A stretch of 32,026 nt of DNA. It comes from Candidatus Nezhaarchaeota archaeon WYZ-LMO8. Its GTDB lineage: Archaea; Thermoproteota; Methanomethylicia; Nezhaarchaeales; WYZ-LMO8. The position numbers and the translations under genes were made by a program. The stretch lies in contig QNVF01000013.1 in assembly GCA_004347965.1 (NCBI GenBank), positions 1 through 32,026 of the forward strand. Reading direction: 5' to 3'. The notes below the pieces were generated by a model that saw only the letters and a program-made list of their open reading frames with translations, was not told the origin of the DNA and ran no database searches. Shown here in pieces: positions 16,816 through 25,636 of this stretch (positions are counted from its first letter, which is position 1; every line of letters starts with the position of its first letter).

Positions 16816-18234
16816 TTGAATGATATATCAGTGATTATTAGAGGTATATATACAACAGCTCTCGTTAAGCTGCTGCTTGACCATGGCTTCAAGATAGCTA
16901 AGCCATCAGCTACCATAGCTGAGAGATTTAAACTTAAAGATGTATCTAATGAGTGGGATGCGAGGATTAGGGATTATAGACCTTTAAAGGGCTCTATAGT
17001 AATTGACGGTCCAAAGGCCCACGAAGTTGTTGTTGTCTTAATGGGGAAGCTGCCAGATGCCATCTTGAATTATAGGAAGGTAGGCTACGAGATATACAAA
17101 GGGATTGTAGAGAAGGTTGACGAGAGAGGAAGCTACGTTAATTACGGGAATGGAGTAGGCCTATTACCAGAAAAGTTAAGTGAAGGTCAAGAGGTAATAG
17201 TTTCACCAATTAAGGATGAACCTCGTAGAGATAACCATGTTAGTCTGACTAGGAGAGTAAGGATAGTTGGCTACTATGCTGACTTAGTTAAAGATGGTTG
17301 GATTTCAACACCCAAGGATGTGCCTACAAGCATGGCGAGCAGGTTGATGAACTTGGGTCATTTAATGAAGCCTCCTGGCTGGGGTGTGCAGTGGAAGAGG
17401 GAAGCATCAGAAGCCAGTACAAGCGATCTACTTGAGGAGCTGCAGAGGTTAAGGGAAAAAGCCATTGAGGTGGTACAACAATCATTAGAAGTTAAGGCAC
17501 CCGCTCTAATCTACGAACCGTCTACAAGTTACATTGTAATATTGCCTTACGATAGTAAGAAGTACTTAGACGGTATGAGAGGGCTCGTAGTACCGACCAT
17601 GCCCAAACACCACTTAATAAAGAGTTGGGGGAGGAGGTATGCATACGCCGTTGATGTTATTGAGAAATTAATGGCAGTTCTCAGCGAAGACATAGGTCAT
17701 ATAGCCTCAAATATCATCGTGAAGGGGGCAGTTAAAAGAGGTGCTAAGATTGCTATAGAACATGTAAAGCCTGACGGTAAGATCTATAAGCTATCTCCTG
17801 GCATTGTAGAAGACTTCGATGAAGATACTATGACGATAACGTTGAAGAGGAGGTTCAAGGGCGGTGGGGTTTATAACGGTCTTGGTGTCCCGAAAGAGCA
17901 AGGAGACTACGGATTGTCAACGTATAGAATAGGTGTCCCTCTTTCGAAGACTGCATACTACAGCGAGAAGGGAGCTTTAAAGGGGATTTACGTAAACATA
18001 TCAACGCCAGTGGAGATTGCTCCAAGAAAGGTGAGGTACGTAGATCTCGAAGTTGATGTGATCGCCAAGCCTAACGGTGAAGTTCGAGTTTTAGACGTCG
18101 ACAAAGCAAGAGAGCTAATGCATAAAGGCATAATAACCAGCAGGCTCTACCACGCTATAATGGAGATAGCTGATAAAGTAAAGAAAACCCTTTCTGAAAG
18201 AGGGGATGTGGATCTAGACCTTAAGCTTTTCTAA
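16816..18234 (+). CDS. fau-1: FAU-1 family AU-rich RNA-binding ribonuclease (RNase G/E-like N-terminus plus DUF402)
   Basis: N-terminal IRGIYTTAL, GWGVQWK, PTMPKHH, IEHVKPDG, GxYNGLGVPKEQGDY, YVNISTPVE and YVDLEVDV. Confidence 0.88.
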   Translation: MNDISVIIRGIYTTALVKLLLDHGFKIAKPSATIAERFKLKDVSNEWDARIRDYRPLKGSIVIDGPKAHEVVVVLMGKLPDAILNYRKVGYEIYKGIVEKVDERGSYVNYGNGVGLLPEKLSEGQEVIVSPIKDEPRRDNHVSLTRRVRIVGYYADLVKDGWISTPKDVPTSMASRLMNLGHLMKPPGWGVQWKREASEASTSDLLEELQRLREKAIEVVQQSLEVKAPALIYEPSTSYIVILPYDSKKYLDGMRGLVVPTMPKHHLIKSWGRRYAYAVDVIEKLMAVLSEDIGHIASNIIVKGAVKRGAKIAIEHVKPDGKIYKLSPGIVEDFDEDTMTITLKRRFKGGGVYNGLGVPKEQGDYGLSTYRIGVPLSKTAYYSEKGALKGIYVNISTPVEIAPRKVRYVDLEVDVIAKPNGEVRVLDVDKARELMHKGIITSRLYHAIMEIADKVKKTLSERGDVDLDLKLF

Positions 18235-18640
18235 CCCTAACTATCAAGAATCCTTGCTTAAACGATACTCTAAGAGATGTTGGATCAAGGGGTTCCGGGA
18301 ACCTTATAACCTTTCTATATCGACTAAATTCTGTACTTCTTTGTATAGTTCCCCAACGCTCAAATTTAACTTTCTCCTTAATCTCAGCTTCAACCTTTAA
18401 TGCGTCCTCTCCTTCAACGTAGACGTTGATCTTCCCCTTATCGACTAGAGGTAGGTCTACTACAACTTCATACTCGTCTCCAAGATCCCTTATGCTAGAT
18501 AGTGGTGTAAGACAGCATTCTCTAGCATCCCACATCGGCTCATCGAATTCTTCGATTAGTGACGTTAATCTATCAACTTCCTCTCTAAGCTCCTCTATGA
18601 GGTCGGAAATTGACTGGAAGAGCATCCTTCTCCTGAACAC
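18221..18640 (-). CDS. Small heat shock protein (Hsp20/alpha-crystallin)
   Basis: Motifs EYEVVVDLP, YRKVIRFP and SFKQGFLIVRVRK. GTG start after a GGAGGTGA RBS. Confidence 0.85.
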   Translation of the reverse strand: MFRRRMLFQSISDLIEELREEVDRLTSLIEEFDEPMWDARECCLTPLSSIRDLGDEYEVVVDLPLVDKGKINVYVEGEDALKVEAEIKEKVKFERWGTIQRSTEFSRYRKVIRFPEPLDPTSLRVSFKQGFLIVRVRKA

Positions 18641-18653
18641 GGTACATCACCTC

Positions 18654-19400
18654 CTACGTGTACATCAATGGAACCTCATACTCGTGAGTCTTCTTCATTT
18701 GCTTTAAGGCTTCAGCTGTACGCTTCATAAGCTCACGCGTCCTCACTCTTATCATCTCGGCTTCGTCTAATAGAGGCTTTACATCTATTTCTAACCCAAG
18801 AATTTTATTCAATGCTAATAAGGCCTGAGCAGCCGCACCAGGATCTGGGTATTCGAGGAAGCACTGAGCTAAGAGCATGATGGATGGAAGACCTCTTCTA
18901 ATCCCCTCTCGCATCATTATGGCTGCAGGTCCTACAACAAACCCCTCTTCGAAGCTCTTTACATTGGCTTTTGTAAGTACATCACTAAGTTCTGTAGCTC
19001 CAGCTATACCATAGACTTCTGGAACCTCTATGTCTAGCCTATTCGGTATAGCGATGCCGGTTATTGTAATTATCCCCTTAACACCCTCCTTAATAGCCCA
19101 ATCAATAACACTCCTACCCAGTGGATATACGAGGGATGGATGTACAGGAACCTCGCTACTTAGAACCATTAAACCTTCCCTACCAAAGAACCTTACGGGA
19201 TCATAAACTCTTGATTGATGAACTACGATTACTGGTGGAAGAAGTTCGCTCTCCACGTGGGCTATGGCCTCTAAACCTAGTGCTTTAACTATGTGAGCAG
19301 CAGAGATAGCACCCACGAGACCAGCATCTGGAAGTCCAACTATCAACCAACTGTCCTTGAACCCTCTACCTACAATCTTCACATCCAAGCTAAACACCAA
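18654..19400 (-). CDS. Proteasome assembly chaperone PAC2 family (PbaA/PbaB-like) with C-terminal HbYX motif
   Basis: Motifs GLPDAGLVGAI, PVRFF and YPDPGAA. C-terminus is ...PLMYT. Confidence 0.88.
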   Translation of the reverse strand: MVFSLDVKIVGRGFKDSWLIVGLPDAGLVGAISAAHIVKALGLEAIAHVESELLPPVIVVHQSRVYDPVRFFGREGLMVLSSEVPVHPSLVYPLGRSVIDWAIKEGVKGIITITGIAIPNRLDIEVPEVYGIAGATELSDVLTKANVKSFEEGFVVGPAAIMMREGIRRGLPSIMLLAQCFLEYPDPGAAAQALLALNKILGLEIDVKPLLDEAEMIRVRTRELMKRTAEALKQMKKTHEYEVPLMYT

Positions 19401-19487
19401 GAATAGAATTCCCGCTTACGAGATAAAACTAGCGTGTCATAGAAAACTTAACATTTAAGAGTATGCTCTAAAATTCACAAAAAACAA

Positions 19488-19589
19488 GGCCCGGTCGTAT
19501 AGAGGCCTGCCTGCGTGGGAGCCGTACAACCCGGTCAAGTATCCCGGCCTTTCGAGCCGGAGACCCGGGTTCAAATCCCGGCCGGGCCA
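19488..19589 (+). tRNA. tRNA-Glu (anticodon TTC) with a 27-nt intron in the D-loop
   Basis: Removing 19503..19529 gives the 75-nt sequence GGCCCGG-TC-GTATAG-CCCGGTCAAGTAT-C-CCGGC-CTTTCGA-GCCGG-AGAC-CCGGG-TTCAAAT-CCCGG-CCGGGCC-A, a typical crenarchaeal-like tRNA-Glu. Confidence 0.93.
19503..19529 (+). other. tRNA intron at non-canonical position 15/16
   Basis: AGGCCTGCCTGCGTGGGAGCCGTACAA. Central helix GTAT/GTAC, bulges AG^A and AA^C, inner helix GGC/GCC; a relaxed BHB motif. Confidence 0.8.
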
Positions 19590-19761
19590 TCACTTCTTGT
19601 CTTCTCCACCTAAACCTTAATGACCTCACTTATTCACCTTTCACTGCTTGAATTCTCTCAGGAACTTTAAATCAAGGTATATGGAGTAAAAACATACTTT
19701 TTATGCTAGCTCATGGGCTCGTTCTGCAGAGAATAGATTCTTTAAGGCGCAAAGCATCGAT

Positions 19762-20751
19762 CTAAAGCTTAAGTTGATGAAACTTTTTGGCACCTTCTTC
19801 TTTACAATATTCTCTCAATATTGGATGACATAAGTAGCACTTGGGCTTACGGCTTGTGCATATCGAAGATCCGAAGAGATACGTTAACGTTTGAATCCAA
19901 CCTCCAAATCCTGGAAAGAGACTTTTGATGACTTCTCTTAAGCATGGCCCATACTTATTGATGCATTCGTCACAGTAGTAAGCTAGACATAAAGTCTTCG
20001 CCGGTAATCTAACATTGTAATCTATCCATCCAAGCCTTTTAGATACTCTCTGTAAATGGACATCACATGGAACAATGTACGGAGACTTAGTCGTAAAGAG
20101 TAGGACAGCATCAGCAATCTTTGGTCCTACCCCCCAACATAGCATTAATGCTCTTCTAATGTTTTCTAGCTCGTTTTTTTGTAGACGTAACTTCACGTAG
20201 CTCCTTAGCACCTTAACTAAATCCGTCAGTTGATAACTGGTTCCAATAATCTTAATCTCTCCAGGTCTAAGGTTAGCTATGACCTCTAAGTTACAATGCC
20301 ACTTTTCCCAAAGCTTCTTAACCCACCTCCTCACGAAAACCTCATAGCTTGTTCTTTTCGAGAGTATAACAGCTATGAGTATACAGTTGAAATCGTGAGG
20401 AGCTATTGAAAGCCTAACTCCAGGAAAGAGCTCTGATAAGGCTTTGACCTCTTCTCTGATCGCACCACTTAGCTTAGATATTCGGGATGATGGCTTCTCA
20501 TCCCACAATCCAGACTCGCAAAGAATAACCTCATGCACCTCATCACTAGCACCACGCTTTACGTATGCTTCGAGTACCTCGTCCTCCTGTTTGAGTGACA
20601 ACGACTCAGCATAGAGACCTACGCGCTTAATCCAATATGTACCTTCTCTGCTGTAGAGCGATGAGACGAAGGAGGGCTTAAGCGTTAACTCAAGGTTGTA
20701 ATCTCTTACATCACCAACTTTAAACAGCAACTTCATAACCAACTGCCACAC
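19762..20751 (-). CDS. HhH-GPD superfamily DNA glycosylase/AP lyase (endonuclease III-like) with Fe-S motif
   Basis: HhH motif WGVGPKIADAVLLF (catalytic Lys), PCDVH (catalytic Asp) and C-terminal C-x6-C-x2-C-x7-C. Start may be the ATG at 20736. Confidence 0.8.
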   Translation of the reverse strand: MWQLVMKLLFKVGDVRDYNLELTLKPSFVSSLYSREGTYWIKRVGLYAESLSLKQEDEVLEAYVKRGASDEVHEVILCESGLWDEKPSSRISKLSGAIREEVKALSELFPGVRLSIAPHDFNCILIAVILSKRTSYEVFVRRWVKKLWEKWHCNLEVIANLRPGEIKIIGTSYQLTDLVKVLRSYVKLRLQKNELENIRRALMLCWGVGPKIADAVLLFTTKSPYIVPCDVHLQRVSKRLGWIDYNVRLPAKTLCLAYYCDECINKYGPCLREVIKSLFPGFGGWIQTLTYLFGSSICTSRKPKCYLCHPILREYCKEEGAKKFHQLKL

Positions 20752-20999
20752 TCTACATAACTAATCTGACGGTAATCTTTTAATGCGCTTAAAGCCATGG
20801 TCCCACGATTATTAAGAGTCAGCAAGTAGCTCGTAGAGTTGAAGGAAGTAACTTATGCGCACGTGAAGATCACGACAAGGTCATTGAACAATCTCCTAGA
20901 ATAGATCAAGCACTATCCATCGACTATTGTAGTTAGAGGATCCAATAGGGGCAAGAGCTTGCATAAACTTCATAAGAACTAGGAAAAGATTAGGAGGTG

Positions 21000-21977
21000 C
21001 TAAATGAGCCACTCTCCATCTTTAATTACCATTTTGCCGTCAACGTAGACTGTTGGTTTAGTTATTATGCCGTCAATATGTATACCAGCTTTAATCCTCC
21101 CGCCTATTGTGCTATTATCGCCAAAGGCTATGTGCACGGTCCTATACACCTTCTCATCCATTAATATGTTGCCAACGATCCTAGCACCTGGATTCGTGCC
21201 TATGCCAAATTCAGCTACGTTAAATGCCTCCTTCATCCCTACAGAACTTAGTAGTTGCTTAAGCTTCTGAGCTTCATCTCTCCCTTCGAACTCAACGGCG
21301 AATCCGTCCTTAATTAGGACCTTAACTGGGGCCTTAAGAGCCCCCACTCCCGCTATCGCACCATCAAATATCACGATACCATTAGCCGTGCCTTCGACAG
21401 GAGCCACGAAGACCTCGCCAGCTGGCAGATTACCAAATGAACCTCTCTCAGTCAGTATCCCAGTATCAGCGATGAACTCTCTGCCTTCCACCAAAAACTT
21501 TACATCCGTGCCTAGAGGCGACGTTACCCTAATCTCTTTAGAATCCCTCAATACTTTCAGTAGTCTATCACAATTTGACTTGACCACGTTGTAGTCAACA
21601 CTCATTCCCTCAATGAATATATCCATCGTTATCATTGGCATGGTGGCTCCTCTAGCACCTGCTTCCGTAGCCTTCTTCCTCGCTTGTGTGTGAGTCAAGC
21701 TATACTTTGTGGGCGCTGCAAATACGTCAGCCTTAGTCCACATAGCTGCTATAGGTTCAGGAGGTTCTTCGCCATGTCTTGTACGAGGTCTCATAACGAC
21801 TAGTATGGTTTCAGCACCGACTTCCCAACCACTTTCAGCAATTACTCTACCTATAATTTCACTATTAGTATCAGTAATGACCAAGAATTTTTCGCCGGCC
21901 TTGACTCCTAAACAAGTTTGGACAACCATATAAGCTGCTTTCTTTAACTTCTCTTTCAACTCCTCTGAAGCCTGCAA
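21000..21977 (-). CDS. M29 family (thermophilic metallo-) aminopeptidase
   Basis: Motifs HGEEPP, GNLPAGEVFVAP, AEFGIGTN, DEKV..TVHIAFGDN and HIDG. TTG start with a GAGGTGA RBS. Confidence 0.85.
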   Translation of the reverse strand: MQASEELKEKLKKAAYMVVQTCLGVKAGEKFLVITDTNSEIIGRVIAESGWEVGAETILVVMRPRTRHGEEPPEPIAAMWTKADVFAAPTKYSLTHTQARKKATEAGARGATMPMITMDIFIEGMSVDYNVVKSNCDRLLKVLRDSKEIRVTSPLGTDVKFLVEGREFIADTGILTERGSFGNLPAGEVFVAPVEGTANGIVIFDGAIAGVGALKAPVKVLIKDGFAVEFEGRDEAQKLKQLLSSVGMKEAFNVAEFGIGTNPGARIVGNILMDEKVYRTVHIAFGDNSTIGGRIKAGIHIDGIITKPTVYVDGKMVIKDGEWLI

Positions 21978-22099
21978 GGTCTCACCTCTAAATCCTAGTA
22001 TTTACGTTAAATAGATTTTAATAAATAGATTTGTAACCCACTGGCTAACGATAAAACTTAAAATTATTTAAAAGCAAAAACATTAGTGGAGGAACCTTC

Positions 22100-23203
22100 A
22101 TGAGGACCTTATCTATAAATGATTTAAAGGACATAGTCGTAGGAGCTACATTCTTAGGTAGTGGTGGTGGCGGCTCGCCGGAGAATGGTCTTAAACTTGT
22201 CGAAGCAATAGCCAACGTGACTAAAGAAATAAAGCTTGCTTCTCCTGATGAAGTTGCAGATAATGATTATGTGGCAATGATAGCAGGTATGGGTGCCCCT
22301 AAAGCGCTTAAAGAGAAGGGCTTCGGTCCCGAGGCTCTTCATGCCTTTCATGGTTTAGAAAAGCTTTACTCTATGATAGGCGTAGAGTTCAAGTATATAA
22401 TGCCAGGGGAAACTGGAGGCTTTAATTCTATAACGCCAATATATGTGGCTGCCGTAAGGAATCTTATTGTAGTTGATGCTGATGGAACTGGTGGTAGGGC
22501 TGTCCCGGAGCTAGGGACTACACTCTATAACCTTTACGGCTTGCCTGTATCACCATTTGTCGTAGCCGACAAAGTAGGAAACATAGTTGTAGGCTGGCTT
22601 GCAAACCCCCTAGATGGTCATACAGCTGAAGAAATAGCGAGACACGTAACTGTCGCTTTCGGTATGCTGTCTGGCTTAGGGACCTGGGTTGTCACTGGTT
22701 GGCAAATAAAGAACTTCTTAGAACCTCATGTTTTAACAAGGTCTCTAGATATTGGCAGAGCCTTAAGAGAAGCAAAGGAGAAGGGCAAGGATCCGGTGAA
22801 GACTGTTATCGATGTAGTTAAGGGCTATGAGCTCTTCAGAGGGAGGGTTGAAAAAGTGGAGCTAAGGACTGTCGCAGGTTTTGACTTTGGCAGAGTAGTA
22901 CTCAATGGTGTGGAGGGCTATGCAGGAAAGAAGTTCTACGTGGACTTCAAAAATGAAAACATGATTGCATGGAAGAAGCTCGGAGAACCTGCCGCGATGG
23001 TTCCAGACATGATATGTTGGCTTACGCTTCAAGGAGAAGCATTAACGAACGCGGACATTAAGGAGGGTATGGAACTAGCGGTCATAGGTATACCAGCTTC
23101 AGATAGATGGAGGAGACATCCGAAAGCGTTTGATGTGTGGAGGCACATATTAGATAAGATGGAGTACAAAGGAGACTACATCTGCATCGAGAAGCTTCTG
23201 TAA
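22100..23203 (+). CDS. DUF917 family protein (S-methyl thiohydantoin desulfurase-like fold)
   Basis: Motifs GATFLGSGGGG, MGAP, ETGGFN, DADGxGxRAVPEL, FKNEN and VPDMI. GGAGG RBS. Confidence 0.88.
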   Translation: MRTLSINDLKDIVVGATFLGSGGGGSPENGLKLVEAIANVTKEIKLASPDEVADNDYVAMIAGMGAPKALKEKGFGPEALHAFHGLEKLYSMIGVEFKYIMPGETGGFNSITPIYVAAVRNLIVVDADGTGGRAVPELGTTLYNLYGLPVSPFVVADKVGNIVVGWLANPLDGHTAEEIARHVTVAFGMLSGLGTWVVTGWQIKNFLEPHVLTRSLDIGRALREAKEKGKDPVKTVIDVVKGYELFRGRVEKVELRTVAGFDFGRVVLNGVEGYAGKKFYVDFKNENMIAWKKLGEPAAMVPDMICWLTLQGEALTNADIKEGMELAVIGIPASDRWRRHPKAFDVWRHILDKMEYKGDYICIEKLL

Positions 23204-23266
23204 TTCAAAACTTAACTTTTTCTTTGAACACTTTCTTTAAGCATCCAATCATTTGAGGGGCATGAA

Positions 23267-23809
23267 TTGAAAGATATTGAATTAAGCAGCATCGCTGATG
23301 TGTTGGCTAATGTGATTAAAACGAGACGAACGATAAGAAGGTTTAAGAAGGATGTGAAAGTGCCCAAGGAGGTCATTGAAAGGATACTAGACATCGCTCG
23401 ATGGTCTCCCAGTGGTAGTAATGCTCAGGAGTGGAGGTTCATAGCGATAATGGATGAAAGGCTTCTCAGAGCTATGAAAATGTTCTCGCCAGGATGGCTT
23501 GGTGAGGCTCCTGCAGCCATAGTCGCATGTGCTGATAAAGATTGGTCCTACAGAGTTGCAGGTGTCCTAGGCAGAGATAAAATGTACTTAATCGATGTAG
23601 GTATAGTCGTGCAAACGATAGCCCTCTTAGCTCATGCCATGGGTTTAGGAACAAACATAATAATGTCGTTCTCTCAAGAAGCGATATCGGAGCTCCTCAA
23701 TGTACCGCATAATTGGGAAATCGTGGTCATAATAGCTATTGGTTACCCTGATGAAGAGCCGAAACCTCCACCTCGTATGTCGCTAAGTGAGTTAGTTATA
23801 TGGAGGTAA
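23267..23809 (+). CDS. Nitroreductase family flavoprotein
   Basis: Motifs IKTRRTIRRF, SPSGSNAQEWRF, DVGIVVQTIALLAHAMGLGT and IAIGYP. Confidence 0.9.
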   Translation: MKDIELSSIADVLANVIKTRRTIRRFKKDVKVPKEVIERILDIARWSPSGSNAQEWRFIAIMDERLLRAMKMFSPGWLGEAPAAIVACADKDWSYRVAGVLGRDKMYLIDVGIVVQTIALLAHAMGLGTNIIMSFSQEAISELLNVPHNWEIVVIIAIGYPDEEPKPPPRMSLSELVIWR

Positions 23810-23815
23810 GAGGTT

Positions 23816-24118
23816 ATGAAGGTGGACGAGGAAAGAAAGATGCGTATCTACGACTTCATAGCATACTTGATTTCAAGTGCAAGAGGTCTACTTGTAGAGC
23901 CACAGGTGTACGGGCCATTTAGATGTCTAGATGCAGTGTCAAGGTTCATACATTTGCTTAGTGACTTAGGAATTAAAGATCCCTACCTCGATGAATTAAA
24001 AGACGAAGTAGACAAAGGTAAGTACTTACTGCTAATTGATGAAAGTAAGTTTAAAGACTTCATAATACATTTAAATGTGAAGTTAGCTCGAAAAATAAAG
24101 GAGGACTTAAACCTATAG
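23816..24118 (+). CDS. Small helical protein, probable DUF6092 family
   Basis: YLISSARGLLVEPQVYGPFRCLDAVSR resembles the SARGL..EP..YGP.R..D pattern I recall for DUF6092. Starts 6 nt after the nitroreductase stop, with a GAGG RBS. Confidence 0.65.
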   Translation: MKVDEERKMRIYDFIAYLISSARGLLVEPQVYGPFRCLDAVSRFIHLLSDLGIKDPYLDELKDEVDKGKYLLLIDESKFKDFIIHLNVKLARKIKEDLNL

Positions 24119-24253
24119 CCCCTCCTTATTATCATAGCCCTGTTTTACACTTCACAAATTGAATGAACTTGACAGACTAGCTTTTCTTACGTAATTATCG
24201 ATTCTAAAACTTAAATAGTCTTTATCTTGGAAAAATTAGAAGGGGAGTTTGTT

Positions 24254-25624
24254 TTGTCAACTAGATCAAGTAAGGAAGTTCAAGACGTCTATGGAGACTA
24301 TGCAACTCTAACGGTCCCTTCTGAGAAGCTTAGGAGCACGTTAAACGTTTTCATGGTGTACATGGGGGTCCTAGCTGTTGTAGCAGCAATATTTGCAGGG
24401 TCAGGCTTAGCCGCGATGTACGACTCTATGACAGCATTGATCGTAGCGTTAATTGGAAATGCTATGCTAGCAGTATTTGGGGCTCTCATAGCTTACATAG
24501 GCGGCACCACAAAGGCTAACACATACATGCTATTGAGGTATCCGCTAGGTAGGGTAGGAGCTATGATAGGTAGCCTGGTTGTATCAGCTCTACCACTTAT
24601 CATGTGGTTTGCTGTTGAGACTTGGTTATTCGGGATAACTGTTAACGTCATATACCCCGGTCACCCACTGACCTCCATAGCAGCTGCATCAGTATGGGGT
24701 GGTGTGTTAATGATGCTTACAGCGTACTACGGTTTTGAGGCAATAGCGCTACTAAGCTACATAACAGTTCCCTTCTGGTACGCGTTGATAGTGATAGGCT
24801 TCTTTGCAGCAATAGATGTTAGCGGGGGACTAGGAGCTTTGTGGACTGTAAAGCCAGTAACAATAGCTCCTCTAGGAGTAGGCATAACCTACGTCTTCGG
24901 TCTCTATGCTTCAGGTTGCGTTATATCATCTGATGTTTCCAGGTATGGTACCAAGCGATGGTCTGGCAGCCTTGCATGGTCTCTCCATGTATTCGTATTT
25001 ATGACTATCTTGCTTTTTGTCGGTGCTGCCATGACACTGTTAACGGGTTCACCTAACGTAATAGTAGCTATAGCTCAGCTGGGTCTAGGTGTGGGTGCAT
25101 TGCTTCTTGCAATACTAGGTCAGTGGACGACTAATGACAACAACTTGTGGAGTGCATCGTTAGCCTGGGTGAACATCGTAGGAAGGCTTACAAAGAGAGT
25201 TTGGGTCATAATAGTAGGTATCATAGGCACAGCGATAGCTGCTATATGGGGAGGAGTTTGGGGCATGAGCTTAGACCCCTTCATAGCCTTTGGAATCTTC
25301 CTAGGATACTTCATACCACCAGTAGGGGCTGTAATGATAGCTGACTACTACATATTTAGTAGGTATGTGGCTAAACGTACTTACAACTTCGGTCCAGGTA
25401 CTAAGTACTCCTTAGTTAACGTGCCCGGGATAATAGGTATGGTTGCTGGAGGGCTAGCAGGTTGGGCCGCAACAACTTATGGTCTACCACTACCAACAGG
25501 TATAGGTGTAGCTGATGCAATAATAGTTGCTTTTCTGCTATACTTAGTATTGGCCGTGGGGCTCTACAAAGCAGGCATTAAGATCGAGGTGGGTGAGTGG
25601 GTTGAAAGAGCTACAGGTTTCTAA
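24254..25624 (+). CDS. NCS1 family (cytosine/purine/hydantoin) permease, CodB-like
   Basis: About 12 TM segments with WFAVETW, SDVSRY, QWTTNDNNLWSA, PPVGAVMIADYY. Likely start is the TTG at 24254 after an AGGGGAG RBS; the ORF track starts at 24227. Confidence 0.9.
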   Translation: MSTRSSKEVQDVYGDYATLTVPSEKLRSTLNVFMVYMGVLAVVAAIFAGSGLAAMYDSMTALIVALIGNAMLAVFGALIAYIGGTTKANTYMLLRYPLGRVGAMIGSLVVSALPLIMWFAVETWLFGITVNVIYPGHPLTSIAAASVWGGVLMMLTAYYGFEAIALLSYITVPFWYALIVIGFFAAIDVSGGLGALWTVKPVTIAPLGVGITYVFGLYASGCVISSDVSRYGTKRWSGSLAWSLHVFVFMTILLFVGAAMTLLTGSPNVIVAIAQLGLGVGALLLAILGQWTTNDNNLWSASLAWVNIVGRLTKRVWVIIVGIIGTAIAAIWGGVWGMSLDPFIAFGIFLGYFIPPVGAVMIADYYIFSRYVAKRTYNFGPGTKYSLVNVPGIIGMVAGGLAGWAATTYGLPLPTGIGVADAIIVAFLLYLVLAVGLYKAGIKIEVGEWVERATGF

Positions 25625-25636
25625 GGAGGTGAAGTA

